From: Patescibacteria group bacterium
Lineage (GTDB): Bacteria; Patescibacteriota; Microgenomatia; Levybacterales; UBA12049
Assembly (NCBI GenBank): GCA_035946335.1
Contig: DASYZL010000006.1
Coordinates: 106,594 to 170,593 of the forward strand
Direction of reading: 5' to 3'
DNA length: 64,000 bases
The stretch's first letter is position 1. Every line of letters begins with the position of its first letter. The translations under genes were made by a program, and so were the position numbers. A model generated the notes under the pieces. That model worked only from the letters and a program-made list of their open reading frames with translations. It did not search any database and was not told the DNA's origin. Shown here piece after piece: positions 18,919-28,545 of the stretch.

Positions 18919-19644
18919 TTACAAATTCACAAAGTAGGAAATTTTTGCTTGCGACTGAAGACGGGTAACTAATGCCTGCGCTTGGTTGGAAAGTTTTTGT
19001 TGCTGTAATTGCGAACGCACCTGGTTTTTGATATCTTGCGGTTTCATGCTTGGATCAAACGAACTTTTATGTTGCGCAATATAATCACTTACTTCTTTGT
19101 CACTTACAGTAACACTACTTCCCAATATTTTTTGGACGAGTTTTTGCAGTCGCACCTGCTCAAGAAACTCACTTTTTGTCATTCCCTGCGCAGTCAATGC
19201 GCTATCAAGCGTTTGTCCTTGAGCGGCAAGTGATTTATTCAATTGATTAACTGTACTGTCAATCTCTGACTGAGAAACAGTAACATGTTTTCCCGATGCA
19301 TATTGCTCAATAAGCATCTGCGTAATCATACCATTTAATACCTGTTTACCGCTTTGCTGTTCAAGTCGCTGATCAAGGGTATAACGGGTAATAGGCTTTC
19401 CATTTACCATCGCAACAATAAACCATCCCTTTAGTGCATATAAGGTTGCAACAATGGCCAGAATAACAGCAAGACCAATGAGTACTTTTGGATTTTTCAG
19501 TTTCTTCTGAATAATGGGAAGGTAATTTGTCAGAACGTTTTGCTGCATAGCGATAGTTATCGTATCATTTTCTTTTGTAACAACCGAAAGTTTTTTTGCT
19601 GAACTTCCAGACGGTTTTGACTGTATCGCTGTCTTGCGGGGCAT
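18919..19644 (-). CDS. SurA N-terminal-domain-like, membrane-anchored periplasmic chaperone (no PPIase domain)
   Basis: 241 aa; N-terminal TM anchor and a helical SurA_N-like domain. Confidence 0.45.
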   Translation of the reverse strand: MPRKTAIQSKPSGSSAKKLSVVTKENDTITIAMQQNVLTNYLPIIQKKLKNPKVLIGLAVILAIVATLYALKGWFIVAMVNGKPITRYTLDQRLEQQSGKQVLNGMITQMLIEQYASGKHVTVSQSEIDSTVNQLNKSLAAQGQTLDSALTAQGMTKSEFLEQVRLQKLVQKILGSSVTVSDKEVSDYIAQHKSSFDPSMKPQDIKNQVRSQLQQQKLSNQAQALVTRLQSQAKISYFVNL

Positions 19645-19688
19645 AGAGGCAGTATAACAAAGGGTACTACCGGATACAATGGGTAAAT

Positions 19689-20141
19689 TTATCGTTTTGG
19701 ATTTTGTTTTTTCCGTCGGGCTTTACCACCTGTACCAACGTTTCTTCTTTGTCGCACACGTGGATCTCGCGTTAATAATCCGGCACTTTTGAGAAGAGGG
19801 CGAAATTTCACTCGGTCAGTACTTGCCAACGTTCGCGCAATGCCGGCAATCATTGCTTCAAGTTGTCCATTTTGTCCACCACCACTGACCTTAACGGTAA
19901 TGGCAAATTTATCTTCTGTCTTTGTAAGGAGCAATGGTTTTTGATATGCAACCCGTGCGGTTTTGTCTGGAAAATAAGCTTCTACTGGTTTTTCATTGAC
20001 AATGATCTGTCCTTTTTTCAAAGAAATTTCACCCCATTTTTGACCATCTTTCATATGCGAATACAGCCGGACACGGGCCACTGCCTCTCTTCTTCGTCCA
20101 ACTGCATAAGTATAATCTTGCTTTAGTTGTTTCTTTGACAT
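19689..20141 (-). CDS. rpsI: 30S ribosomal protein S9
   Basis: 150 aa; C-terminal ...GTGGKARRKKQNPKR S9 signature. Confidence 0.9.
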   Translation of the reverse strand: MSKKQLKQDYTYAVGRRREAVARVRLYSHMKDGQKWGEISLKKGQIIVNEKPVEAYFPDKTARVAYQKPLLLTKTEDKFAITVKVSGGGQNGQLEAMIAGIARTLASTDRVKFRPLLKSAGLLTRDPRVRQRRNVGTGGKARRKKQNPKR

Positions 20142-20142
20142 A

Positions 20143-20559
20143 TTATGCTGTTTTCAGTTTATCCTGGTATGTATGTTCTGGTCCTGGAAAAACAAAAAGG
20201 CGCTTGAGCATTGTAGCGCGTAATTTGTTTTGTGGCAACATTCCTTTTACTGCATGACGGATGATTTCTTCTGGATTTTTCTCCAATACTTCCTTGAAGG
20301 ATGCACCTTTAAATCCACCGGGATACATTGAATGTCTATAATATACTTTGTCCGTTCCTTTTTTTCCTGTCACTACAACTTTTGCAGCATTTGTTACCAC
20401 AATATAGTCACCACAATCAAGATTTTTTACAAAATATGGTTTATGCTTTCCCATAAGTTTTTGTACAATCTCTGTTACAACTCTTCCTAAAACTTTTCCA
20501 TTGACATCAACCAGATACCAACTTCTCTGAATGTCTTTTGCTTTTGTTGCATTTGTCAT
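20143..20559 (-). CDS. rplM: 50S ribosomal protein L13
   Basis: 138 aa; WYLVDVNGKVLGRV... L13 N-terminus. Confidence 0.9.
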   Translation of the reverse strand: MTNATKAKDIQRSWYLVDVNGKVLGRVVTEIVQKLMGKHKPYFVKNLDCGDYIVVTNAAKVVVTGKKGTDKVYYRHSMYPGGFKGASFKEVLEKNPEEIIRHAVKGMLPQNKLRATMLKRLFVFPGPEHTYQDKLKTA

Positions 20560-21080
20560 AGGTTATTTTTTTCCTTTTTTGGTTTCCTCTGTTGTTTTTT
20601 TACCTTTGTTTCCTTTTCAGCTACAATTTCTGCTTCAATAATCTCGTTCTTATTTACTTCTGCTTCTTTTTCTGTTCTTTGCTTTGCAGAACTTTTCTGA
20701 GATTTCTCAGGATGCTCCTCTGTTACTTTTTTCTCAACCCATTCAATCATCGCCATTGCTGCGTTATCAGAAAACCGCTCATTCAGCTTTACTATTCGTA
20801 CATATCCGCCCGGACGGTTTTTAAATCGTGGCGCAATATCTTTAATAAGCTTTTCAACGGCTTGAGATGATAAATATGGTTGCACAAACGGTCGAGCCTT
20901 TTGATCTTTTTGCTTCGCTTTTGTTACAAGTTTCTCGATTTTGCCACGAATCGCGCGGGCCTTTGCTTCTGTTGTTGTAATACTTTCACGTAAAACCAGC
21001 GCATTCATCAACTCTCTAAAGAGAGCTTTGCGCTCATTTGTATCCCTACTCAATCGTCTACCGAAAACCTTTTTTTTCAT
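20556..21080 (-). CDS. rplQ: 50S ribosomal protein L17 with a Lys/Glu-rich C-terminal extension of about 70 aa
   Basis: Start trimmed to MKKKVFGRRLSRDTNERKALFRELMNAL (the track started at 21122); the tail is acidic/basic low complexity. Confidence 0.85.
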   Translation of the reverse strand: MKKKVFGRRLSRDTNERKALFRELMNALVLRESITTTEAKARAIRGKIEKLVTKAKQKDQKARPFVQPYLSSQAVEKLIKDIAPRFKNRPGGYVRIVKLNERFSDNAAMAMIEWVEKKVTEEHPEKSQKSSAKQRTEKEAEVNKNEIIEAEIVAEKETKVKKQQRKPKKEKNNL

Positions 21081-21167
21081 AATTTTACAAAAGAAAAAGT
21101 CAAATGCAAGCGTAAAAATCAATTCGTAATCCAGTCAGACTGATTTCTTCCCGCATGCCTTTTGACT

Positions 21168-22088
21168 TTATAATGTTACGCTGACACCTTTTTCTTTTAA
21201 TTTTTCGTCGATAATAGCAATCGATTTTGCGCCCATATTCCGCATTGCAATCAGATCTTTTCGCGGCATTTGCAGAAGTTCACCAAGTGTCTGAATGCCA
21301 CCATTTCGTAAACTGTTATAAATGCGTGTCGGCAAGTCTAATTCATCAACGGTAAGCTTAAGTAAATCATCTGAAATTTTCGGAGTTGGGTTTGCGTCAG
21401 AAACAATAACTTCATTTGGTTTATATACCTGCATGAAGTACTGCGAGAGCATTTGTGCCGCATTATCCAGCGCTTCCTTCGGCGTTAATGAACCATTTGT
21501 CCAAATCTCCAGAATAAGTTTATCCATATTTGTCCGTCTTCCAACCCTAGTCGCTCCAACGGTATAATTCACTCTAATAATTGGCGTGAAGACTGCATCT
21601 GTGACAATAACTCCCAGTGTATTTTCTTGCCGTTCTTCTGCAAGTGAATAACCATATCCTTTTTCAACAGTCATTTCCATGTCAAGCTTTGCTTTATCTC
21701 CTGAAAGTGATCCAAGGTATATTTCCGGATTTGCTATTGTTACTCCGTCAGAAACCTGAATGTCCTTTCCGGTAATTTTATGGGTACCCTTAACTGTTAA
21801 TTTCAGCGTTGCGCTTCCCTTTGCATCTGACAAATAAATATGGAGTCCTTTGAGGTTTAGGAGTAGATCAACAACATTTTCTTTGAGACCTGGCACTTCT
21901 GAGAATTTATGTTTTACGCCGCTAATTTTTACTGACGTTATTGCTGCACCTTGCATGGAAGAAAGCAAAACCCGTCGCAGGGCGTGTCCAAGCGTATGAC
22001 CAAATCCCGGTTCAAGCGGTTCTATGTTAAATTCGCCGAAGTTGTTTTCATCTCTTGTCTGTTTAACGGTAAAGATTATATCAAGCAT
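21168..22088 (-). CDS. rpoA: DNA-directed RNA polymerase subunit alpha
   Basis: Start trimmed to MLDIIFTVKQ...; NTD and CTD (alpha-CTD ...LDLPTRIYNSLRNGGIQTLGELL...) both present. Confidence 0.9.
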   Translation of the reverse strand: MLDIIFTVKQTRDENNFGEFNIEPLEPGFGHTLGHALRRVLLSSMQGAAITSVKISGVKHKFSEVPGLKENVVDLLLNLKGLHIYLSDAKGSATLKLTVKGTHKITGKDIQVSDGVTIANPEIYLGSLSGDKAKLDMEMTVEKGYGYSLAEERQENTLGVIVTDAVFTPIIRVNYTVGATRVGRRTNMDKLILEIWTNGSLTPKEALDNAAQMLSQYFMQVYKPNEVIVSDANPTPKISDDLLKLTVDELDLPTRIYNSLRNGGIQTLGELLQMPRKDLIAMRNMGAKSIAIIDEKLKEKGVSVTL

Positions 22089-22104
22089 AAAAGGTATTGT
22101 ACCA

Positions 22105-22707
22105 TTATCGAGAATAATATTCAATAATAAGTTGCATATCAAAAGGAACCTCTACATCTGTCCGTTTTGGAAGACGCAGTAGCCTCCCTGCAACAGCTTC
22201 TCTCTCAAGAAAGGGAAGCAGGGGTTTGTTCTCTCCCAGCAATGTAACAACATCAGGATTTTTTTGCACTTTATCAGAGAGAGTAACAACTTCATCTGCT
22301 TTTACCTGATACGAAGGAATCGTTACTTTTTTCCCGTTTATCAATACATGTCCGTGAGAAACAAACTGCCTTGCCATAAATCTGCTTTTGGCAAAACCGA
22401 GCCGGTATACGATGTTATCCAATCTTGTTTCAAGAAGTCCCAAAAATAATTCACCAGTATTACCTTTGATGTGTTGTACTTTTTGAAATGTGGAGTGAAA
22501 TTGCTTTTCCAGAAGACCGTATACAGCTTTTGCTTTCTGCTTTTCCCGAAGCTGTAAACCATACTCAGACAACTTTCTCCCGCGTTTTCCACCGTGAATA
22601 CCTGGCTTAATAGTCAGACGGCGTAATAGACTGGCTGACTGTTTATCCAAAACATTTACCCCTTCCCGACGTGCTAGTTTGTGCTTTGGTCCTGTATAGC
22701 GTGCCAT
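22105..22707 (-). CDS. rpsD: 30S ribosomal protein S4
   Basis: 200 aa; MARYTGPKHKLARREG N-terminus. Confidence 0.9.
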   Translation of the reverse strand: MARYTGPKHKLARREGVNVLDKQSASLLRRLTIKPGIHGGKRGRKLSEYGLQLREKQKAKAVYGLLEKQFHSTFQKVQHIKGNTGELFLGLLETRLDNIVYRLGFAKSRFMARQFVSHGHVLINGKKVTIPSYQVKADEVVTLSDKVQKNPDVVTLLGENKPLLPFLEREAVAGRLLRLPKRTDVEVPFDMQLIIEYYSR

Positions 22708-22708
22708 A

Positions 22709-23107
22709 TTATACTCTCCGTTTCTTTTGCGCCCGCGGTCCGTTGTGCGGAATCGGCGTCATATCTGCAATAAGATTAATGGAAAGTCCTGCTGTTTTAA
22801 TTGCTCGTAGCGCACTGTCGCGTCCTGATCCCGGTCCTTTAACAAATACATCAACTGCTGCGAGACCTTTTGCAAGCGCTTTTTTCGCCGCATCTTCAAC
22901 AGCAAGCCCTGCAGCATATGGTGTTGATTTTCGTGTTCCTTTAAATCCTCTTGCACCCGAAGAACTCCATGAGATCGTCTCACCTTTATCATTGGTAATA
23001 GTCACTATGGTATTATTGAATGTTGCACTAATATATAATTTACCTGTCTTTGAAACACTTGCCCCTGCTTTTTTCTTGATTGATTTTACTGCTTCCTTTT
23101 TTATCAT
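22709..23107 (-). CDS. rpsK: 30S ribosomal protein S11
   Basis: 132 aa; S11 core ...[21 protein letters not shown]... Confidence 0.9.
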   Translation of the reverse strand: MIKKEAVKSIKKKAGASVSKTGKLYISATFNNTIVTITNDKGETISWSSSGARGFKGTRKSTPYAAGLAVEDAAKKALAKGLAAVDVFVKGPGSGRDSALRAIKTAGLSINLIADMTPIPHNGPRAQKKRRV

Positions 23108-23108
23108 A

Positions 23109-23528
23109 TTATTTCTTTGCTGGTTGTGCTTTTGCTACCTGTGCTGTTTCCATCTTTGTGGCTATTTCTTTTTTAATCGCACCGATTGTTACCCGCTTCC
23201 CGCGTTTCGTACGTGCATTTGATTTTGTCCGTTGACCACGAACCGGCAATCCTCTCGCATGACGTATGCCACGATAACTGCTAATATCCCGCAGGCGCTT
23301 GATATTTCCTGTCACTTCTGCGCGCAAATCACCTTCAAGTTTATACCCTTCCAAACTGGTAGCTATCCGTTTCTGCTCATCATCAGAAAGATTTTTTACC
23401 CTTATTGAACCGTCAATCTGAGCTTTTTTCAAGATAATTTTTGCATTATTTCTTCCCACACCATAGAGATAGGAAAGAGCGATATCAACTCGTTTTTCGT
23501 CTGGTATGGTTACTCCTGCAATTCTCAT
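23109..23528 (-). CDS. rpsM: 30S ribosomal protein S13
   Basis: 139 aa; [14 protein letters not shown]... S13 N-terminus. Confidence 0.9.
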   Translation of the reverse strand: MRIAGVTIPDEKRVDIALSYLYGVGRNNAKIILKKAQIDGSIRVKNLSDDEQKRIATSLEGYKLEGDLRAEVTGNIKRLRDISSYRGIRHARGLPVRGQRTKSNARTKRGKRVTIGAIKKEIATKMETAQVAKAQPAKK

Positions 23529-23531
23529 AGA

Positions 23532-23645
23532 TTATCCTTGACGTTGTTTGTGCCGGGGATTTTCACACACGACACGAAGCACGCCTTTACGCTTGATTAC
23601 TTTGCATTTTGCACATCGTGGTTTAACACTTGCTTGTACTTTCAT
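23532..23645 (-). CDS. rpmJ: 50S ribosomal protein L36 (zinc-ribbon type)
   Basis: Manual translation of the minus strand gives [37 protein letters not shown] (37 aa), lying between rpsM and infA as expected. Absent from the ORF track because it is under 60 aa. Confidence 0.85.
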   Translation of the reverse strand: MKVQASVKPRCAKCKVIKRKGVLRVVCENPRHKQRQG

Positions 23646-23648
23646 TGG

Positions 23649-23867
23649 TTACCTCCCTCTATAAACGATTCTTCCTTTTGTCTTATCGTATGGCGTCATT
23701 TCGATACGAACCCTGTCACCGGGGAGAATTTTAATAAAATGCATCCGCAGTTTTCCCGCCAAATGGCAAAGAATAACAGATCCGTCTGCAAGTTCTACCC
23801 GAAATAACGTATTAGGAAGGGACTCTCTTACGATCCCTTCCATTTCAATAGATCCCTGATGAGCCAT
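23649..23867 (-). CDS. infA: Translation initiation factor IF-1
   Basis: 72 aa S1-like OB fold; [26 protein letters not shown]... Confidence 0.9.
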   Translation of the reverse strand: MAHQGSIEMEGIVRESLPNTLFRVELADGSVILCHLAGKLRMHFIKILPGDRVRIEMTPYDKTKGRIVYRGR

Positions 23868-23881
23868 GTACTATTTGCATG

Positions 23882-23890
23882 ATTATAGCA
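23882..23890 (-). promoter_or_regulatory. Extended -10 TGCTATAAT upstream of infA (candidate operon promoter for infA-rpmJ-rpsM-rpsK-rpsD-rpoA-rplQ-rplM-rpsI)
   Basis: Minus-strand TGCTATAAT 14 nt upstream of the infA ATG. Confidence 0.35.
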
Positions 23891-24131
23891 AAACGCAGCA
23901 CAAAGAGCAAAGGGGAATTTTGTAGTTCTTGGCATTACCTCTTAAATAGAGTATTTTGTAAAATCTGTGAAAACTCATGCTATTATAGAATCACCAACAA
24001 AACTGAAAAGCACACTTTGCCAACATCGCCTTAGTACCAGCTTCGTTACTTCCCTACAAAGCAGAGTATATGAACCCGTTGCAAAACTATCAGTAGTGAC
24101 TAATTAGGTAACTATCTGTTAAGATTAACCT

Positions 24132-24372
24132 ATGATTGTCGAGATTGTCGGTATTTTTGCCACTCTTTTCTCAATGATTGCGTTTATTCCTCAAGCTATA
24201 CAGACATGGAGAACGAAGCGAACAAAAGATATTTCACTTACCTCGTACCTCATTCTTTCTTGTAGTGCTTTTTTATGGACTGTTGCGGCATGATCTTCCT
24301 ATCATCATAACAAATGGAACGATATTTATCGTGGTACTTCCAATCCTTCTGCTTAAGATAAAACGTCAATAA
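24132..24372 (+). pseudogene. SemiSWEET (PQ-loop) sugar transporter, frameshifted at a T6 run near 24269-24274
   Basis: The frame from ATG 24132 gives MIVEIVGIFATLFSMIAFIPQAIQTWRTKRTKDISLTSYLILSCSAFLW and then stops. Its continuation ...YGLLRHDLPIIITNGTIFIVVLPILLLKIKRQ is in the +1 frame (tail of track ORF 24178-24372). Removing one T restores a canonical SemiSWEET of about 88 aa. Confidence 0.65.
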
Positions 24373-24705
24373 TCCTCATGATCATTTGACAATACAAGTT
24401 AGGCAGTAGTAACCTCAATTTGTCGAAAAAGGAGGTTGCTTCCGTAAATTGTAGACAGATACAGGTAAAAACATACCCATCATATGCTTTTACTTATTCA
24501 TAAATACAGTTTTGCAATCACTTCTATGGCAACTGTGAATAAACTCCCTATGGGTAGCGTCCTCTGGGTGCCAGGGGCACTACGGCAACAAAAAATCATA
24601 AACAGCGTGAAAGAATTTTCAAAACGCACGGCCACACGGTGTATACCCTCCCCTTTTCGCAGATCGCTAAGAAGACACCAACACACCGACCAGCCGCAGA
24701 GAACC

Positions 24706-25956
24706 TTACTCTTGCCTTTTAACCACGTTGCGGAAACGTGCGTTTACAGGAACCATACTTTTTCCCACCCTTACGACTTGGTCATCGACTACCGCTACTC
24801 TCCTTTGCCTGTATATGTCGATTGGTTTTTCCAGAAGGTACGTGACTGCGAAGGAAAAAAGGATCGCAAAAAGAAGACCGATGAGGATAAATGCCAAGGT
24901 GCCAGACTGTGCGATATGGGTGTATGCAAGCACCTCATTGGCGAGAATGTGAGATATATACAGCGGGTAAGACAACTGACCGATAAAACCATCAAAGCGT
25001 ATGCGACTAGAGAATTGAAACAGAAACGGGAGCGAAGCAGCAATTGTTCCATAGTAAATGTAATCATGAATATTCATCCATTTATACTTATACTGCAATG
25101 ACGGAATGGGGAGACGAAAGTACAGGAGCGCAAAGAGACATACGAACAGGCAGATACCAGACAGTGCAAGGGGGTGCATTTTCTCCATGGGCAACGTTTC
25201 ATACAGCAGGAAATTCAGATACCCAAACATGAAGTACGTCAGAGCGGTGAGAAAAATATAACCCGATGTATCGAAATCCAACCACTGAAAATGGAAGAAA
25301 AGGTACCAGAGGAGAAATGCTCCGGCAATGACTCCAAAACGAATGAACCCTTTTCTTCGAAGCAAAAAGGGAGCGATCAGGTAGAATAAGAGTTCATGGT
25401 TTAATGACCACGCCTGCCCTGTGGTAGTCAGGTAACCGCTTTCTCCAGCAGCACAGCGAACGAAATAGCCGCAATGGAAGACTAAAGTGACATTGCGAAA
25501 AATATCTGCTGCTATTGCAACCGGAAGCATCAGGATATCTTTCTGAAGGAGAAAGGAATAGTACGGAATGTACCAGGAAAATAGCAGGTCTTTGGCATAT
25601 ACTTCGGGTGGATGAATTTTCAATAAAAGCACGACAGCATAAAACAAGAGCGACAACAAGAGTATCACCCAATAGATCGGGTAAATCCGAAGAAGTCGGT
25701 TGGTAATAAATAACCGGTAGGAGCTTTTCTTTCCCACATATTTCCTATTCAAAATAAACGCCATGTAGAAACCGGAGATAATAAAAAACCCATTGACAGG
25801 CGTTATGATGTCAGGGAAAAGCACAAATCCCTTTATCCATCCGGTATGAATAAAGTAAACAGATACAGCAAACAGTACCCTCAGTATTCCCATATATTCA
25901 TTTGTCGTGTCTTTGATGCGGTGGTAGTAGGGGGAGTACCAACGGTGCTGGTGCAA
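24706..25956 (-). CDS. Acyltransferase family 3 (OafA/OatA-like) integral membrane protein
   Basis: 416 aa, about 10 TM helices, typical acyltransferase-3 N-terminal region; last gene of a three-gene minus-strand operon. Confidence 0.7.
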   Translation of the reverse strand: MHQHRWYSPYYHRIKDTTNEYMGILRVLFAVSVYFIHTGWIKGFVLFPDIITPVNGFFIISGFYMAFILNRKYVGKKSSYRLFITNRLLRIYPIYWVILLLSLLFYAVVLLLKIHPPEVYAKDLLFSWYIPYYSFLLQKDILMLPVAIAADIFRNVTLVFHCGYFVRCAAGESGYLTTTGQAWSLNHELLFYLIAPFLLRRKGFIRFGVIAGAFLLWYLFFHFQWLDFDTSGYIFLTALTYFMFGYLNFLLYETLPMEKMHPLALSGICLFVCLFALLYFRLPIPSLQYKYKWMNIHDYIYYGTIAASLPFLFQFSSRIRFDGFIGQLSYPLYISHILANEVLAYTHIAQSGTLAFILIGLLFAILFSFAVTYLLEKPIDIYRQRRVAVVDDQVVRVGKSMVPVNARFRNVVKRQE

Positions 25957-25965
25957 AGGACTCAG

Positions 25966-26340
25966 TTATTTTTTCTTCATCTTCCACCACAGTAAGCCAG
26001 CAACAATTCCACCGCCAACAACGATCCCCGCCAGTAATATACCGATCAGAATAACCGGATTTGTAATGCTTCTCAACAGACTACTCTGCTTCGGCTGTAC
26101 CGTTATCCCAAGCACTAAGGTATGGTTGCTTCCTGTCACATTGATAATATGATCTCCTGAATAGTTGGCAACCAGCGCGTCATACACACTAGGTTGCAGG
26201 TTCGTAAACTGAACGTTCCCCTTTTGATCTGCCGCTACTTGTCTGATTTCCTGTTTTTGTTGAGTAGCGATAATGAGCAGAGGAAGCGTGATTCCTAAAA
26301 ACAAGAGACCAAGAACTGATAAGAGCGATTTTGCTCGCAT
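25966..26340 (-). CDS. Small secreted protein with a signal peptide and a C-terminal TM anchor plus basic tail
   Basis: 124 aa; N-terminal hydrophobic signal and a C-terminal ...PVILIGILLAGIVVGGGIVAGLLWWKMKKK anchor; 9-nt gap to the acyltransferase gene. Confidence 0.45.
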   Translation of the reverse strand: MRAKSLLSVLGLLFLGITLPLLIIATQQKQEIRQVAADQKGNVQFTNLQPSVYDALVANYSGDHIINVTGSNHTLVLGITVQPKQSSLLRSITNPVILIGILLAGIVVGGGIVAGLLWWKMKKK

Positions 26341-26454
26341 AGAAAGACGATATATTCACTATAGCATGTTCCTCTCAAAATTGGCGCTCATTTGCCTACT
26401 CTGATCCTCAGTTCTTTTTCCGAAGAATTAAAAGAAACAAAATATGTCAAAGCG

Positions 26455-28464
26455 TTATGGTTGCGAAGTTACCCTGAAGAAGGTAAATGTTGCCGTATCA
26501 CTGCCAATGTTGGAGAATATACCGCAAGTTCCAGAACTGAGTGACGTATCGGTAACAGTAATCATCCAGTTCGCTGGTTCTGAGGTGCCTGTCTGCCACA
26601 CTTTTGCATACAATGTTGTTCCCTGCGCACGCATGCGAATGGAATAGGACGTATTGGGAAGAGCAGTGAATGTGATTGACTTGAGTACTGTGTCACTGCC
26701 TGCTATATGTTTCTTCAATTGGAAATTCTTTCCGTCAATAAATGTTTTATAGAAATTGCTACTATTCTGAAAACGAAGCATGCCTCCGAAACGTTCTGTA
26801 TTAAACCCCGTGAGAGAACCGGACAGGAGCACTTCAGCATCAGAGACTGATGGACCAAGTAGAGCAGTGGAAGAAGAAGCATTCGTTATGTGTCCGCTAG
26901 TATTCACTATGCTGTAATTTCCATTTGTACTTGCATCCCCCATCCAGGTATTTATCCCGTCACTTGCCCTTCCCCAAAATGTCTGGTTGGGTCTGACAAA
27001 TGTATCTTGTGCGATAATACTATTTATCGGAGTGGGAGTCGGTGTCACGCTACCTGTAGGAGTAGGTGTAGGCGTAAATGTAGGCGTTGACGTTGGGGTG
27101 GGAGTTGGTGTTGGGGTCGGCCCCCCGCTGCAATTCCTTAAAGGAAGTACCAACGGTGGATTATGCACCTGAGAAAAATCAAGCTGTGTCGATAGATCTC
27201 CCGCGGAAACGTCTCGTGTGCCAAGAGAAGAAAGACCGAACGTTTGTTCCGCAAATTTCAGTACACTGGCAAATTCTAATGAGACATGACTGACATGAGA
27301 ATTTCCCGGATTGTCCGTTGCGTATGCATATGGTGAGATGATGATATATGGTACGCGAAAACCGTATCCGAGCTGATCGATATTATTCGGAGCCACATGG
27401 TCATAAAATCCTCCGAAATCATCCCATGTTAACACAATAACTGTCGATGGCCATGCAGGAGACTGCATGATTGTGTTGATTTTATCAATTGTCCAGTTTT
27501 CTCCTGTACAGGTGCTTGCCGGAGGATGTTCACTGTCTGCGGTAGGAGCAACAAGCCAGCTAAATTGCGGAAGTTGATTATTTGTCACATCTGTATCAAA
27601 TTGCTGCCATGAAACATCGTTACTCCCCCATACCGAACCGTTCCTGTCCTGCTTAAACGTATCCAAACTGTTCCAGATATACCCTGATTCACCTTGCACC
27701 GGCGCGTAATATTTCCAGGATATACCCGCGTTTGTCATGATATCAGCGAGTGTATTCAGGGTAAAGCAAGGATAGACTTTTGAGCCGTTCAATAGTTGGA
27801 CGGTTGCAGTTGAGGGAGAATCACATCCCCACGTACCGCCGCTGGAAGGATTACCAATTGCGCTGTGTGCAGCATCTACACCGCTTGCACCGGCAACGGT
27901 ATACATATGATTGGGATAACTCGGACCCCTAAGTGATGAAAAAGAATTGTCATTCAATACAAACTGTTGTGCCAGTTGCCAGTAATTCGGAATAAGACTT
28001 TGCTCTGCCTCAACATAACACGGATAAGGCGAAGAACCGCATCCGGACTCGCCATGATTAAAATTATCCATTGCGCCGTTATCATAATCTGTTTTTGCTG
28101 TACTGAACATATGAGAATAGTTTTGGATTGTGTCGGTGAGTTTATTCAGCGAAATTGTTTTTACCACGCCGTTCACTTTGATTTTTCCGGTTGTTGTTCC
28201 GTTGACAGCGGGAAATTGTCCAAAGTAGCTATCAAAACTTCGATTTTCTTTAATAATAAAAACAATATGCTGAATTGGTGTCGCTGCTGAAGCACGGGAA
28301 GAAGATTTTAGCATATGCTGCAAAAGAAATGTTCCTGCCAAGAGAAGAAAAACTACTCCTAATGCAGGAAAAAAGAATTTTCTTTGACGAAAAAGAAGAA
28401 CTATCAGCTTCTTATGAGACGATGGAGAAGATTTTTTCCCTTGAGTACTTTTCCTTTTTTTCAT
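26455..28464 (-). CDS. Secreted phosphoesterase-family protein (non-haemolytic phospholipase C / AcpA acid-phosphatase family) with a Pro/Thr linker and an about 200-aa C-terminal beta-rich domain
   Basis: 669 aa; signal peptide, hallmark [13 protein letters not shown] motif of the phosphoesterase family (PF04185), (PT)n linker [32 protein letters not shown], then a Ser/Thr/Asn-rich C-terminal domain. Confidence 0.8.
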   Translation of the reverse strand: MKKRKSTQGKKSSPSSHKKLIVLLFRQRKFFFPALGVVFLLLAGTFLLQHMLKSSSRASAATPIQHIVFIIKENRSFDSYFGQFPAVNGTTTGKIKVNGVVKTISLNKLTDTIQNYSHMFSTAKTDYDNGAMDNFNHGESGCGSSPYPCYVEAEQSLIPNYWQLAQQFVLNDNSFSSLRGPSYPNHMYTVAGASGVDAAHSAIGNPSSGGTWGCDSPSTATVQLLNGSKVYPCFTLNTLADIMTNAGISWKYYAPVQGESGYIWNSLDTFKQDRNGSVWGSNDVSWQQFDTDVTNNQLPQFSWLVAPTADSEHPPASTCTGENWTIDKINTIMQSPAWPSTVIVLTWDDFGGFYDHVAPNNIDQLGYGFRVPYIIISPYAYATDNPGNSHVSHVSLEFASVLKFAEQTFGLSSLGTRDVSAGDLSTQLDFSQVHNPPLVLPLRNCSGGPTPTPTPTPTSTPTFTPTPTPTGSVTPTPTPINSIIAQDTFVRPNQTFWGRASDGINTWMGDASTNGNYSIVNTSGHITNASSSTALLGPSVSDAEVLLSGSLTGFNTERFGGMLRFQNSSNFYKTFIDGKNFQLKKHIAGSDTVLKSITFTALPNTSYSIRMRAQGTTLYAKVWQTGTSEPANWMITVTDTSLSSGTCGIFSNIGSDTATFTFFRVTSQP
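26995..27100 (-). repeat. Low-complexity tandem ACN-CCN codon repeat encoding the (Pro-Thr)n linker of the phosphoesterase
   Basis: GGNGTN-type hexamer periodicity on the plus strand (ggagtaggtgtaggcgta...gttggggtgggagttggtgttggggtcggc). Confidence 0.6.
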
Positions 28465-28516
28465 TATAAAAAGCAGGATTTAGAGTATCATAGCATATAG
28501 TATGCAATTGCAGCAG

Positions 28517-28545
28517 ATTTTAGCTATATTATTGGCTCTTGACAA
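28517..28545 (-). promoter_or_regulatory. Sigma70-like promoter TTGTCA-17-TAAAAT for the phosphoesterase/anchored-protein/acyltransferase operon
   Basis: Minus-strand -35 TTGTCA, 17-nt spacer, -10 TAAAAT, about 55 nt upstream of ATG 28464. Confidence 0.4.

Noticed and set aside
23955-23986. TTGTAA-19-TGCTATTAT as a promoter for the SemiSWEET gene
   Set aside because: The spacer is about 19 nt and the motif also reads as TATAAT on the opposite strand; too ambiguous to list as a feature.
24410-24425. Isolated strong SD-like AAAAAGGAGGT in the SemiSWEET-acyltransferase gap
   Set aside because: No start codon at a workable distance and no ORF longer than a few codons follows it.
24484-25101. 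205-aa plus-strand ORF
   Set aside because: It runs antisense through the well-supported acyltransferase-3 gene. Arg/His-rich composition, no SD or promoter and no recognisable domain: a chance antisense frame.
26995-27125. Short-period GT-rich tandem repeat that could look like a repeat array
   Set aside because: It is in-frame coding sequence for the (Pro-Thr)n linker of the phosphoesterase (ACN-CCN codons). It has no spacer-repeat structure, so it is not a CRISPR array.
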